From contig DAQQ01000063.1 of assembly GCA_002508465.1 (NCBI GenBank), positions 1-52,051 of the forward strand: DNA of 52,051 nt. The letters run 5' to 3'. Of the stretch, positions 1 to 10,588 are shown one piece after another (within the stretch, counting starts at the first letter, position 1; the number at the start of each line of letters is the position of its first letter). Source of the DNA: Methanosarcina sp. UBA7 (lineage in GTDB: Archaea; Halobacteriota; Methanosarcinia; Methanosarcinales; Methanosarcinaceae). The position numbers and the translations under genes were made by a program. The notes beneath the pieces are model-generated. The model saw only the letters and a program-made list of their open reading frames with translations. It had not been told where the DNA came from and made no database searches.

Positions 1-42
1 TCCTTAACCGAATACAAATGGAAGAAAATTATAAATTTAAAC

Positions 43-234
43 TCAGTAAAATACAATTTTGGAAAATCCCTGAGAAAGCTTTTCCCCCAGGAATTTTTCC
101 ACTTCTTCTTTCAGGTTTTCAATAGCTTCTTCAATAGTGGTTCCCTTGCAAATTATATCAGCTTCAGGGCAGATTGAGATATAGAAACTATCTTCCTGAC
201 GGATAGTTGCAGAAAAAGGAAACCATATTGTCAT
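43..234 (-). CDS. HicB-family antitoxin-like small protein
   Basis: 63 aa with the HicB N-terminal pattern (I-x-x-E-D..Y...CP..D....G.T.EEA.ENLKE). Confidence 0.6.
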   Translation of the reverse strand: MTIWFPFSATIRQEDSFYISICPEADIICKGTTIEEAIENLKEEVEKFLGEKLSQGFSKIVFY

Positions 235-384
235 GTTTTTAAAAATCTGTCAGTCTACGTTTAAATTTTTCGTCCCTTCCTGTTCATTAAGGTCTTTTTG
301 AGGAAGGTCTCTTTTTGAGCGCAGGAGTTTTATACTTAAGCTGATATCACAGTCTAAATATATATTATTAAGTTTGTGGGTTCT

Positions 385-1647
385 ATGCCAACAGAATTTA
401 TACTGTCTTCTCCTGTACCTTTACCTGACCTTTCAGTGCTTACTCTTCTGGGTGTCTTTGTACTTACAGCTCTCAGGCAGGTCGGGTCTTTAAGGCTACA
501 AATCTGGCAAATCATGACCTTTGGAGCGATACTGGTACTATTGCTCGGTGAAATTTCACTGCAAGAAGCTCTTGCAGCGATTAATACTGATGTGCTTGTC
601 TTTCTTTTCGGGGCTTTTTGCGTAGGAGAAGCACTTAATAGGAGTGGGTATCTTGCCTGGATCGGGGATAGGATAGTTTCCAGGGCAAAAGACACGGATC
701 AACTTGTTTTGCTTGTGCTGTTTTCTACAGGAATTCTTTCGGCTGTTCTCATGAATGATACTCTGGCTATCATGGGGACCCCACTTGTTCTGGGTTTTTC
801 CAGAAAGTACAATGTATCTCCCAAACTCATGCTCTTTTCCCTGGCATTCGGAGTAACTACAGGAAGCGTTATGAGCCCTATAGGAAACCCACAGAATCTT
901 CTCATAGCAATCAATGGAAATCTGGATTCCCCTTTTGTAACATTTTTGCATTCACTCGCTCTACCAACCCTTATCTGCCTTTTAATTGCTTATATAGTGT
1001 TAAAACTCTTTTTCAGAGAGGAATTCGGAAAATCAACTTTTACTCAATCAGAAGAAGTCATTACCGATCCTGAACTTGCCAGTACTGCAAAAAAGGCTCT
1101 TTCTCTTTTGTTAATTCTCATAATCTGTAAGATTTTCCTGGTGGAATTTTTTCCTGCCTGGGATTTCAGTCTGAACTGGATTGCTCTTATCTCCGCGTCA
1201 CCTGTCTTGCTCAGTAAAAAACGCGTTGAAATCCTGAAAAATATTGACTGGTCAACCCTGGTTTTTTTTGTTTCAATGTTTGTGTTAATGCAAAGCGTGT
1301 GGATTTCCGGAACGTGCCAGGAATTGCTTGCCAGATTGTCTCCTCAGTTAGGTTCAGTGTCAATGATCCTCGCACTCAGCATAGGCCTAAGTCAACTCAT
1401 ATCTAATGTCCCCTTTGTAGCGCTCTATCTGCCTGCTATGGGTAGTGCGGTTTCTCAGGGGCAGTTGATGGCACTTGCTGCGGGAAGTACAATTGCAGGA
1501 AATCTTTTGATCCTGGGAGCTGCGAGTAACGTTATAATTATTCAAAATGCAGAGAAGGAAGGAAAAACTATCTCATTTGTTGAATTTTCCAGAATTGGAA
1601 TCTTAATTACAATTTTAGATGCTATTATTTATTTTATATTTCTCTAA
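385..1647 (+). CDS. ArsB/NhaD (IT superfamily) anion permease
   Basis: Highly hydrophobic; SAVLMND, PIGNPQN, ISNVP and GAASN motifs; ATG at 385 preferred over GTG at 376. Confidence 0.85.
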   Translation: MPTEFILSSPVPLPDLSVLTLLGVFVLTALRQVGSLRLQIWQIMTFGAILVLLLGEISLQEALAAINTDVLVFLFGAFCVGEALNRSGYLAWIGDRIVSRAKDTDQLVLLVLFSTGILSAVLMNDTLAIMGTPLVLGFSRKYNVSPKLMLFSLAFGVTTGSVMSPIGNPQNLLIAINGNLDSPFVTFLHSLALPTLICLLIAYIVLKLFFREEFGKSTFTQSEEVITDPELASTAKKALSLLLILIICKIFLVEFFPAWDFSLNWIALISASPVLLSKKRVEILKNIDWSTLVFFVSMFVLMQSVWISGTCQELLARLSPQLGSVSMILALSIGLSQLISNVPFVALYLPAMGSAVSQGQLMALAAGSTIAGNLLILGAASNVIIIQNAEKEGKTISFVEFSRIGILITILDAIIYFIFL

Positions 1648-1832
1648 TACTTATACGTTCTATATTATCTTATAATTGATTTGCAAGGTTTATTGCTACT
1701 TAAAACTCTATTTAAAGGATTTTGGTTTTCAAGAATTTTGTCTATTTTTTAGTGAATAGAAATACTTTTCAACTCCCCAATAAACTTGATATACTCAAAG
1801 TGCATACACTTTTTTCTGGAAGATATAAAATC

Positions 1833-3941
1833 ATGACCCAGAATAATACAGATCCAAATACCAGGCGTAAGCGCGCCAGGTGCACTGTACAGAAGAAAAC
1901 CTTTGGGCCTGTTGAGGACCTTGAAACTCATGTCCGGTCCGACTGGTGGCAGACTCTTTTTAATTCACTTTACCTTAAGACCGATGCCGATCTTCTAGAT
2001 GATATGGAGGTTACTAGAAAAGAGGTCGATCTCATTGTTTCCATTTTGGGGATGGCTCCTGAAGAAAAAATTCTTGATCTATGTTGCGGACAGGGGAGAC
2101 ACGTACTTGAACTGGCAAGAAGAGGCTTTTCAAACGTAGAGGGATATGACAGGTCTCAGTACCTTATAAGGAAAGCTAGAACCAGAGCACAGAAAGAGAA
2201 CCTGCAGGTAAGGTTCAGAGAGGGAGATGCAAGAAAGCTTCCCTACCCATCTGATACTTTTGACGTGGTTACTATACTGGGTAACAGTTTTGGCTACTTT
2301 GATTCAACGCTCCAGGACCAAAAGGTCCTTGAAGAAATTTTTAGGGTTCTGAAGCCTGATGGCAGAGTTTTCATTGATGCCGTAGATGGAGACTACATGA
2401 AAAAAAGTTTTCAGCCCAGGTCATGGGAATGGCTTGACAGGAAATACTTTGTCTGCAGGGAAAGAGCTCTTTCGGCCGATGGAGATCGGTTAATTTGCAG
2501 GGAAGTGATAAGCCGTATTGACAAAGGTGTGATTGCAGACCAGTTTTACGCTGAGAGGTTATACAATAAAGAAAGCCTTTTTGAGCTGCTTACAGTGTCA
2601 GGATTTAGTAGTCCCGCCTTTCATACTACTTTCAGCCCGGTTTCCGCAGGAACCCAGGATGCAGGCATGATGGAACAGAGAATTCTGGTCTCGGCCTCTG
2701 TTGAAAAACCGTGGCCTACATCTCTTCAAGCAATCGGGAATAAAAAACCAATGAATATTGCAGTTTTGCTTGGAGATCCGAGAAAAGAAGATCAGGTTAA
2801 GCCTGCCTGTATCTTTGATGACGATGATTTTGATACCCTTGAGAGAATGAAAAAAGCACTTGCAGAGATTCCTTTTATGAAATTTACTTTTCTTGACAGG
2901 CATGAAACTTTACTGGAGGATCTGAAGAAGAAAGCAGCGAAAATTGATCTTGTACTTAATCTCTGTGATGAAGGGTTTTATAACGATCCCACAAAAGAAC
3001 TTCATGTCCCAGCTTTGCTTGAACAGTTAAATGTCCCGTATACAGGAGCAGGTCCTCAATGTCTTGCTTTTTGTTATGACAAATCCATTATAAGGGGAGT
3101 TGCCAGAGAGATGCGCATTCCCGTAGCAAAGGGAATGCTTGTAACCGAAGATGCAGAGCTTTCAAAGCTGTCTCTCTCTTTCCCCTTGCTTGTAAAGCCC
3201 AACTCAGGGGACTCAAGTTTTGGGATTACACAGAAAAGCATTGCCCATAACCGTGAGGAGCTTCTTGAAATTCTTGCGGCATCCCGAGAAAAGATGGGTT
3301 CTTGTAGGCCTTTCCTGCTGGAAGAGTTTCTTCAAGGAAAAGACATCAGTGTTGGCATTATTGGAAATCCGCCTTCATGCAATGTACTGCCTATTACGGA
3401 AGAAGATTACTCAGAAGTACCTGAAGAATTTCCAAAGATTTGCGGGTATGAGGCGAAGTGGCTTCCGGATTCTCCTTACTGGAACATAAAATCCGTGCCT
3501 GCTGATCTCCCTGAAAAAACCAGAAAGGAAATCGTAAAGTGCTGTCTTGCTCTCTTTACAAGGCTGGGTTGCCGTGATTATGCCCGTTTTGACTGGAGAC
3601 TTGACGCCGAAGGCAAACCCAAACTTCTTGAAGTAAACCCCAATCCTGGATGGTGCTGGGACGGTCATTTGGCAAAGATGGCAGCTTATGCTAATATTTC
3701 CTATTCCGGAATGCTTGCGTCCATTATAGAAGCTGCAAAAGACAGGTATGGCCTTGGAGCTTCTGAAAATCTCGAGCTGAGGAAAATGCCTGAAACCACT
3801 TCCAGAAAAAGCCCGGCTGAATGCGCTGCCGAGTTTGAAGAAGAGATTGAAGCAAGAAGCTCTATGGATTCCGAAAATACCAGGAAGAAAAGTGTTTTCT
3901 CAAGTTCCTCCGAAACAGTACAGGCTTTTGAGAGCGTATGA
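1833..3941 (+). CDS. Class I SAM-dependent methyltransferase fused to a D-Ala-D-Ala-ligase-like ATP-grasp domain
   Basis: N-terminal ILDLCCGQGRH motif I and GDARKLPY; C-terminal VKPNSGDSSFGI, LEEFL, ARFDWR and LEVNPNPG ATP-grasp motifs; ATG 1833 chosen over TTG 1722. Confidence 0.85.
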   Translation: MTQNNTDPNTRRKRARCTVQKKTFGPVEDLETHVRSDWWQTLFNSLYLKTDADLLDDMEVTRKEVDLIVSILGMAPEEKILDLCCGQGRHVLELARRGFSNVEGYDRSQYLIRKARTRAQKENLQVRFREGDARKLPYPSDTFDVVTILGNSFGYFDSTLQDQKVLEEIFRVLKPDGRVFIDAVDGDYMKKSFQPRSWEWLDRKYFVCRERALSADGDRLICREVISRIDKGVIADQFYAERLYNKESLFELLTVSGFSSPAFHTTFSPVSAGTQDAGMMEQRILVSASVEKPWPTSLQAIGNKKPMNIAVLLGDPRKEDQVKPACIFDDDDFDTLERMKKALAEIPFMKFTFLDRHETLLEDLKKKAAKIDLVLNLCDEGFYNDPTKELHVPALLEQLNVPYTGAGPQCLAFCYDKSIIRGVAREMRIPVAKGMLVTEDAELSKLSLSFPLLVKPNSGDSSFGITQKSIAHNREELLEILAASREKMGSCRPFLLEEFLQGKDISVGIIGNPPSCNVLPITEEDYSEVPEEFPKICGYEAKWLPDSPYWNIKSVPADLPEKTRKEIVKCCLALFTRLGCRDYARFDWRLDAEGKPKLLEVNPNPGWCWDGHLAKMAAYANISYSGMLASIIEAAKDRYGLGASENLELRKMPETTSRKSPAECAAEFEEEIEARSSMDSENTRKKSVFSSSSETVQAFESV

Positions 3942-4051
3942 CAACTTATATTAACTTGTAAAAGAAGGTAAATGCGAAAGGATTAGAAATTTTCTTTTTC
4001 GCGTTTCCATTTTCTCTTTGTTTTTCTATTACTTATTTTGTTTCTGGATGT

Positions 4052-5146
4052 TTACTTCTGAATAATAATTGTAAGAATATCTTCATCCTGCATTCTATGG
4101 TCGAGGCCTACTCTCTGCCCCGGATGTTTTGCTGAGGTGCCCCAGATTTGGGCATAGCGGAACTTCCTGCGGAAGTCCCTGTGCAGACGGTCACAAATCT
4201 GGCCTATGTCGGTCCCACTCATAACTATCAGGGGCTCTTCCATATCTGCAGGCTGACCCTGTGGTTTTAAGTAAACTCGAATGAAACCCAGCGTGTCGTA
4301 AATAGCGTCTTTAAGAACCTCGATATTAATGCCTTCATGGGCTGAAATAAAGATCGAGTTAGGGTATAGCTCTCTGCATTCTTCGATCAGTTGGGGATAG
4401 GCAAGGTCAACCTTATTAACAGCTATCAGAGACCTGACATAGCTGCGGTTGCTCAGGACGACGTCAATAAGCTGGTCAACCGTTATGTTTTCTCTTATAA
4501 GCACACTTGCGTTGTGGATCTTATACTCATCCAGCACAGCCTTGATAGTTTCCTCATCCAGGTCAAGGTCAACGGTTGAATTGATCACTACCCCACCCCT
4601 ATCTTTTTTCTTGATTACCACATCAGGGGGCTCTTCATCAACGCGAATACCGGCCTGGTAAAGTTCGTCCATAAGTACTTCGTAATGCTTGGGCTGGAAG
4701 ACATCAAGCAAAAATATAACCATATCTGAGTTTCTGATAACAGATATGACTTCTTTTCCACGTCCACGCCCTGAAGACGCGCCTTTTACGAGCCCAGGGA
4801 CATCAAGGAACTGGATTGTTGCACCTTTGTGTTCCAGTACGCCTGGCACAACTGTAAGGGTAGTAAACTCATATGCTGCCACTGCAGAATTGGCACCCGT
4901 GATTTTATTCAGAAGCGTAGATTTCCCTACTGATGGAAAACCTACAAGGGTGACGGTTCCATCTCCTGATTTTCTGACCGAGTACCCTTCCCCTCCTCCT
5001 TTTGCCGAGGCTTTTTTCTCAACTTCATCCCGCATGCGGGCTAGCTTGGCTTTGAGGCGGCCTATATGATGGGAAGTTGCCTTATTGTACACGGTCTTTC
5101 GAAGTTCATCTTCGACTTCCTGTATTTGCTCCTGTATGCTGCTCAT
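4052..5146 (-). CDS. DRG/OBG-family GTPase with C-terminal TGS domain
   Basis: GFPSVGKS, YEFTT, DVPG and NKVD G-motifs; WGTSAKHPGQRVG TGS tail. Confidence 0.95.
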   Translation of the reverse strand: MSSIQEQIQEVEDELRKTVYNKATSHHIGRLKAKLARMRDEVEKKASAKGGGEGYSVRKSGDGTVTLVGFPSVGKSTLLNKITGANSAVAAYEFTTLTVVPGVLEHKGATIQFLDVPGLVKGASSGRGRGKEVISVIRNSDMVIFLLDVFQPKHYEVLMDELYQAGIRVDEEPPDVVIKKKDRGGVVINSTVDLDLDEETIKAVLDEYKIHNASVLIRENITVDQLIDVVLSNRSYVRSLIAVNKVDLAYPQLIEECRELYPNSIFISAHEGINIEVLKDAIYDTLGFIRVYLKPQGQPADMEEPLIVMSGTDIGQICDRLHRDFRRKFRYAQIWGTSAKHPGQRVGLDHRMQDEDILTIIIQK

Positions 5147-5680
5147 CTGGAACCTGCCGATTTAGAGACTAAAGAAATGATTTTCATATTGATTGGAAAA
5201 AGAAATCGCTCCAAGCGATCTCTACAAACCCTTTTTGATCCAAAAGAGATCCGTGTCTGGATATTTTATTCTGAATAGTTAAATGAAATATATATACCTA
5301 TGGAATGTTTTTGTTTACTAATTACGAGGCTATCAAATTAGCTCTAAAAAATTCAGATCTAATTTGACAATCGTTTTTATGAAGATCTCCTATGTGTATT
5401 CTTATCTCCAACCAGTTCTACGCTATCTTATTAGCAATCCAATATAAGAAAATAGATGCGTCCACCAATAGTGAAAAAGAAGATAAGTTTTTAAATCAAA
5501 ATTCTAATTTGAGAACCTCGATTACGAATAATAGAGTTACTCAGATCATTTATATATCATAATAAATATAATAATATTTAAAGCTTATTGAAAACTGATT
5601 CTGGTAAAAGTTTATTCACCATGAACGGATTCAAATAGACAGTCACTCAAGTTTAATGAAGTAGCTGTCTCTTTTACTTA

Positions 5681-5960
5681 AAGGGACTGTTTCAACGGGG
5701 TTACCTCTCTCGTTTGAGGGAACACTATCTATAAGAAATTATCTCTCTCGTTTGAGGGAACACTATCTCAAAGGGATTATCTCTTGTTCGAAGGAAAACT
5801 ATCTAAAAAGGATTACCTCTCTTGTTCGAAGGAAAACTATCTAAAAAGGATTACCTCTCTTGTTCGAAGGAAAATTATCTCAACGGGATCACTTTTCTTG
5901 TTCAAGTAACTGTCTCAAAGGAACTTCACCTCTAATTCAAAGGGACTGTCTTAAAGGACA
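5681..5960. repeat. ~38-bp degenerate tandem repeat array (5 clear copies at 5701-5888 plus decayed flanks)
   Basis: Units such as ttacctctcttgttcgaaggaaaactatctaaaaagga start at 5701, 5739, 5777, 5813 and 5851. Confidence 0.85.
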
Positions 5961-5985
5961 ATCTCTTTCATCCATTATGATTATT

Positions 5986-7914
5986 TCATTCGACGGAGAT
6001 TATTTCTCCTGTCCTCTCATAAACGCGCAGCCCGGAGGGAAGCTTTGAAGCGAATTCTGTGGAGGTAAGAGTTTCTAGAAACTTGCGGACTTCGGAAATT
6101 TCCAGAATTTCCTTCCTTATAAGGAAATCGTATTCTTCTTCTGCAAATTTCATAAAGTGGAGACCATTATTTTCGGTACAGTTCCTTATTCCCACCCCTA
6201 CTTCGGCCTTTCCTGAGGCAACTGCCTCACATACAGCTATCTCCGATTTCACTCCGGATGCATAGCCAGGAATCGAATCTGTAAACTCTTTTTTATTAAT
6301 TCCTTTTCCAGCTATAAATTCTGCAATTTTCAGGTCTAATAAAGCTCTTACACCTGAACCCCGATTCCTGTTAATAAGGTGCTTTCCAGGAAGGTCCGAG
6401 ATCCCAGAGACCAGGCTATCCTGCCTGACAATAAGTCCGACTTCACGCCTGTAACCTTTGACAAGAACAGTCCCTGAAAGTCCCATATTCTCGATTGTAG
6501 GGACGTTATACAGGATTCCGTCCTGTCCTCTTGGATCACTTGACGGCATATTCACACCTGCAATATCGGCTGTGTTTGAGGCAATTGCGCTGAAGCCTCC
6601 GCTTGAACTTGTGAAAAGGGTCCTGAAATAAAGTCCACTAAGATCTTCAAGCAGATCAAGGCCAGGACAGAAGCCACCTGCTATCAGAAGGTCAGGTTTT
6701 TCAACCTCCCCAAAAAGAGTCACTTCTACAGGAGTTCCCGCTTCAATAAACTCTGTACTGGATGGAATATTAATAAAGCCATCTGCTCCGGAAAGCGAGG
6801 TTATGGCACCTGAGCCTCTGTCTGCAGGATAAACCCTTCCCTGGATCAGGCCTACTGGGAGAAGTTGCTGTCTTCCTTCTGAACGGAAACGTGTGCCCAT
6901 AATTCCATTCTCCGTTATTTTAAGTGCTTTATCTTCTCCAAGGGCTTTTCTGAGCATGGGAGCTACGAACTCGTTAAAAATCATCAATGCAGATGTAGGG
7001 TTTCCGGGCAACCCTATTATGGGAACCCCTTGTATTATTCCAATAACCACAGGTTTTCCAGGTTTTATACTTATTCCATGTGCAAGAGTTTCTCCGATCT
7101 CGTCAATGAGCCTGTACATAATGTCTCCGGCTCCCGATGATGTGCTGCCAGAAGTAAGGATAAGGGCACACTCCGAAACCGCAGTTTCAAGTGTTTTTTT
7201 CATTGCGGTCTCATTATCTTTCACAATCCCGTAAAGCAGAGGGAAAGCTCCACATTCACGTATGCCGGCATATAAAGTGTAAGAATTTGCGTCATATATC
7301 TTCCCGGAAGTAAGTTTTTCTCCGGGTTGCACAAGCTCGTCTCCTGTTGAGATTATCCCAACCTGTAATTTTAGAACAGGCACATCCTTTTTTCCGATAG
7401 AAGCAAGTACTCCTATTTCTCTGGTTCCGAGCTTTCGTCCTGCCCTGAGCACGCGTTCTCCCTTCCGTATGTCAGAACCGGCTTTCATGATATTTTCTCC
7501 CACAGTTACAGGACTGTAAATCGATACTGTTCCGTCTCCTTCAGAACTATATTCAACCATGACAACAGCATTTGCACCTTCAGGAATCGGAGATCCGGTA
7601 GATACTTCCACGGCTTCTCCTGCCGAAACCTTGAATTTTGCATCCGAGCCTGCTGGGTGGTTTCCCAGGAGTTTGAGTTCGACAGGTCTGGTTTCGCTGC
7701 ATGCATACGTATCCTCTGCCCTGACTGCATAACCATCCATTACAGCTCTTGGAAAAGGAGGAACATTAATTTCGGTAACAATATCCCCGGCAAGGATTTT
7801 GTCGTAAGCATTTTCAAGGGCCAGGCTTTCTTGTCTGGGAAAAACTTGCAGGTTGTTTATTAGTTCACGTGCTTTCTCTACAGAGATAAGTTTCCGAAAT
7901 TCTTTGCGTTTCAT
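5986..7914 (-). CDS. moeA: Molybdopterin molybdotransferase MoeA with C-terminal periplasmic-binding-protein-like domain
   Basis: MDGYAVRA, STGDEL, SGSTSSG, IKPGKP and GLPGNP motifs; C-terminal INRNRGSGVR PBP-like domain. Confidence 0.92.
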   Translation of the reverse strand: MKRKEFRKLISVEKARELINNLQVFPRQESLALENAYDKILAGDIVTEINVPPFPRAVMDGYAVRAEDTYACSETRPVELKLLGNHPAGSDAKFKVSAGEAVEVSTGSPIPEGANAVVMVEYSSEGDGTVSIYSPVTVGENIMKAGSDIRKGERVLRAGRKLGTREIGVLASIGKKDVPVLKLQVGIISTGDELVQPGEKLTSGKIYDANSYTLYAGIRECGAFPLLYGIVKDNETAMKKTLETAVSECALILTSGSTSSGAGDIMYRLIDEIGETLAHGISIKPGKPVVIGIIQGVPIIGLPGNPTSALMIFNEFVAPMLRKALGEDKALKITENGIMGTRFRSEGRQQLLPVGLIQGRVYPADRGSGAITSLSGADGFINIPSSTEFIEAGTPVEVTLFGEVEKPDLLIAGGFCPGLDLLEDLSGLYFRTLFTSSSGGFSAIASNTADIAGVNMPSSDPRGQDGILYNVPTIENMGLSGTVLVKGYRREVGLIVRQDSLVSGISDLPGKHLINRNRGSGVRALLDLKIAEFIAGKGINKKEFTDSIPGYASGVKSEIAVCEAVASGKAEVGVGIRNCTENNGLHFMKFAEEEYDFLIRKEILEISEVRKFLETLTSTEFASKLPSGLRVYERTGEIISVE

Positions 7915-8049
7915 AGAAATTCAACCCTAATTTACAGGCCTTCAGATAAATTTTCTAGTTTAATAGCATTTCCAGACATGTTTTATACTTACTTTTTCCT
8001 CCTCGAAAAACCTTGAAGGCAAATTAGTTAAAAGCTGCTCAAATTGAAG

Positions 8050-8165
8050 TCTAAAAAGAAACTCAAGTATTAGTCCAAATAGCAGTTTAAATAGAAACTC
8101 AAAATTATTTCAGGTAGCAATCTAAATAGAAACTCAAAGCGATTCCAAATAGAAACTTAAGTAGA
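8050..8165. repeat. Degenerate short direct repeats (aaatagaaactcaa)
   Basis: Motif recurs at about 8053, 8089, 8124 and 8147. Confidence 0.55.
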
Positions 8166-8374
8166 GAATCAGAAAACTTAGAATAAACTTAGAATATGGA
8201 TTTGAAACAAAAGCTTAAAAAATTCAAAAAAAACTCAAAAACAGCTTAGGTAGGAATTTAAAAAAGGTTCAGGCAAAAGCTGCTTCAGAAAATTGTCCAA
8301 AAAGAACCATGGCGGGAAAAATCCCGCTTGATTTTACTGCCTTTTTTGTTTCTTTAATTTTTCAGGGCTGCCCT

Positions 8375-9253
8375 TTACTTATAAATTGGTGTTCCCGTAC
8401 TTTGAGTTATTTTCTCAAAAGCTTCAACCATCTTCATCGTCATGGGCCCGGGTTTGCCTGTGCCTATAATCCTTCCGTCAAGTCTGGTTATAGGAGCAGC
8501 TTCAGCTGCAGTGCCTGTGACAAAAACTTCATCAGCTGTGTAAAGGTCAAACAGGCCAAGATTTGATTCGGTAACTTTGCATCCCATCTCATCCAGAAGT
8601 TCAATAGCTGTGGCTCTGGTAACCCCTTTTAAATTGCTGATTGTAAAGGGAGTAAGAACCTTATTGTTCTTGACTATGAAGATATTGTCTCCGGAACCCT
8701 CACAGACAAAGCCGTTCTGATCCAGGAAAATGGCTTCGTCTCCTCCTTTTTCATTGGCTTCAATCTTTGCCAGGATGTTGTTCAGGTAATTCAGAGACTT
8801 AATATTAGGGGATAGGGCATCAGGGGCATTTCTCCGGACACAGACACTGACAGCTTTCAGCCCGACTTCATACAGGTCGCCGTACATGGCGCCCCAACCC
8901 TGGGCTATGACAACCACGCAGGGCTTCCCACAATTGCGGGGGTCAAGTCCGAGATCTCCAACTCCCCTTGAAACAATAGGGCGTATATAAGCATCTTTGA
9001 GATTATTTTTCCTGAGGGTCTCAAGTATTGCTTCGCTCATCTCTTCTTTTGTAAGGGGAATATCCATTGCAATTGCTTTTGCCGAGTCATAAAGCCTGTC
9101 AACATGCTCTTTTAACTTAAAGACACGGCCGTTGTATGCCCTTATGCCTTCAAAAACACCGTCGCCGTAGAGGAAACCATGGTCATAGACCGAAACTTTG
9201 GCTTCGGATTTGGGAACAAACTTCCCATCCAAATAGATCAATAACTCACTCAT
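8375..9253 (-). CDS. ilvE: Branched-chain amino acid aminotransferase
   Basis: [32 protein letters not shown] and [10 protein letters not shown]; likely start MSELLIY at 9253. Confidence 0.95.
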   Translation of the reverse strand: MSELLIYLDGKFVPKSEAKVSVYDHGFLYGDGVFEGIRAYNGRVFKLKEHVDRLYDSAKAIAMDIPLTKEEMSEAILETLRKNNLKDAYIRPIVSRGVGDLGLDPRNCGKPCVVVIAQGWGAMYGDLYEVGLKAVSVCVRRNAPDALSPNIKSLNYLNNILAKIEANEKGGDEAIFLDQNGFVCEGSGDNIFIVKNNKVLTPFTISNLKGVTRATAIELLDEMGCKVTESNLGLFDLYTADEVFVTGTAAEAAPITRLDGRIIGTGKPGPMTMKMVEAFEKITQSTGTPIYK

Positions 9254-9550
9254 TTGCGAACAATCCTCTGCAATCTTACTACTATTATAGAGTTTACCTA
9301 TTTTCTTGATAATGTCAATTAAATATGATTGTAATATGCAAACCCTATAAACCATTTACTTTATTTCACTTATTGACAGTATGTAAGCTCTGCGCGGGGT
9401 TTTAAAAATTCAAAGCCTCAGGGAAGTTTCCATACTGGCAAATTCCTAAGTAAAATGTCGAATAAGTCAGTATATACTAAATATATATTACAATTCCGCT
9501 TCTATATAAATATTTTAAGATATTTACAGTTCCAATTAGTGAATTCATAC

Positions 9551-9566
9551 AAAAAGCTTTTATGTG
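9551..9566 (+). promoter_or_regulatory. Putative BRE/TATA promoter of tRNA-Arg(UCU)
   Basis: aaaaagcttttatg about 45 nt upstream of the mature tRNA. Confidence 0.45.
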
Positions 9567-9606
9567 AAAACGCTCATTTCGTATTCCGTACTAAGAAAAG
9601 CAAACA

Positions 9607-9681
9607 GGGCTCGTGGCTTAGCCAGGATATAGCGCTGGGCTTCTAACCCAGACGTCGGGGGTTCAAATCCCTTCGAGCCCG
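9607..9681 (+). tRNA. tRNA-Arg (anticodon UCU)
   Basis: GGGCTCG/CGAGCCC acceptor stem, CTGGG-ctTCTaa-CCCAG anticodon arm, GTTCAAATC T-loop; CCA not encoded. Confidence 0.97.
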
Positions 9682-9925
9682 CTTAATTCTTTATCATTTC
9701 CAACCAGCCTTAGAAAATTGTTTTTCAATTCTCTATTTACTTCAAATTAACCTGCGCAAACTATTTTCACTCTCTTTCTTTCCAACATGCTTACCCTTTT
9801 TCTGTAGAGTTTTATACTTTCTATCTGCCCTCTCTGTTTTTAGGCCTTTTCTGTAGTAAAGAGTCTTAACGTAAACTGCAGTTTTACCAGAGTACGCGCA
9901 GCTTTTGATTTGAAATGTTTCATAT

Positions 9926-10145
9926 TAAAATTATGGATCGAAATTGCAGGATTAAAACTATAGGGTTAAAATTAGAGAATCAAAATTGTATGATTAAAAC
10001 TGTAGGGTTAAAATTAGAGAATCAAAATTGTATGATTAAAACTGTAGGGTTAAAATTGGAGAATCGAAATCGGAGAATCGAAATCGGAGAATCGAAATCG
10101 GAGAATCGAAATCGGAGAATCGAAATCGGAGAATCGAAATCGGAG
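9926..10145. repeat. Higher-order tandem repeat: ~2.5-3 x 42 bp followed by 6 x 14 bp (gagaatcgaaatcg)
   Basis: 42-mer gattaaaactrtagggttaaaattagagaatcaaaattgtat is built from three diverged 14-mers, then homogeneous 14-mers follow. Confidence 0.9.
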
Positions 10146-10220
10146 GAGACATAGATAGAGTAATGTATAAAAAACTCTGTAAAATACGAAGCCTAAAAAG
10201 TCACTGGATGATATCTGTTT

Positions 10221-10588
10221 TCATAATAACAGGTACCCCAATCCCAGTATGAAAAACATTACTCCTGACATTATTGCTGTAATCAGCCCGATCTGCCTTA
10301 TATTTTCCACTTTAGCTGCGAGACCCAGCGGCACCAGTAATATGAGATAAAATGAGGTTCCAACAAAAAATCCTCCAAATAGTAATATGCTGCCTGCAAT
10401 ACTGGCATACGACAAAGCTGCGGACATTGCCAGAAGGAATGGAGGACATACATTAATTCCTGTCAGGAAGCCAAAAAAAGCAGGATAATTCATGTATTTT
10501 TTATTCAGCTTACATAACCCGAAGTGAGGCCATTTTTTACTGCTACGAAGACTAGCATCAAGACGGAAAGTAGAATCATAGCAGTCCC
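10221..10588 (-). pseudogene. 5'-truncated, frameshifted membrane protein (DsbD_2/TauE-like)
   Basis: GFLTGINVCPP motif; upstream frame GTAMILLSVLMLVFVAVK joins KWPHFGLCKLNKKYMNYP if one A is added to the A6 run at 10533-10538. Confidence 0.65.

Noticed and set aside
5681..5960. CRISPR array
   Set aside because: Units are head-to-tail with no unique spacers, and no cas genes are in the window
8375..9355. Extended N-termini from the ORF track (ilvE 9355, MTase 1722, aglJ 29925, PLC 31439, membrane protein 50427)
   Set aside because: The extensions run through promoter or repeat DNA; downstream ATGs fit family starts and RBS positions better
9915..10154. 79-aa ORF MFHIKIMDRN...
   Set aside because: It is a translation of the 42/14-bp tandem repeat, with the frame cycling through the 14-mer
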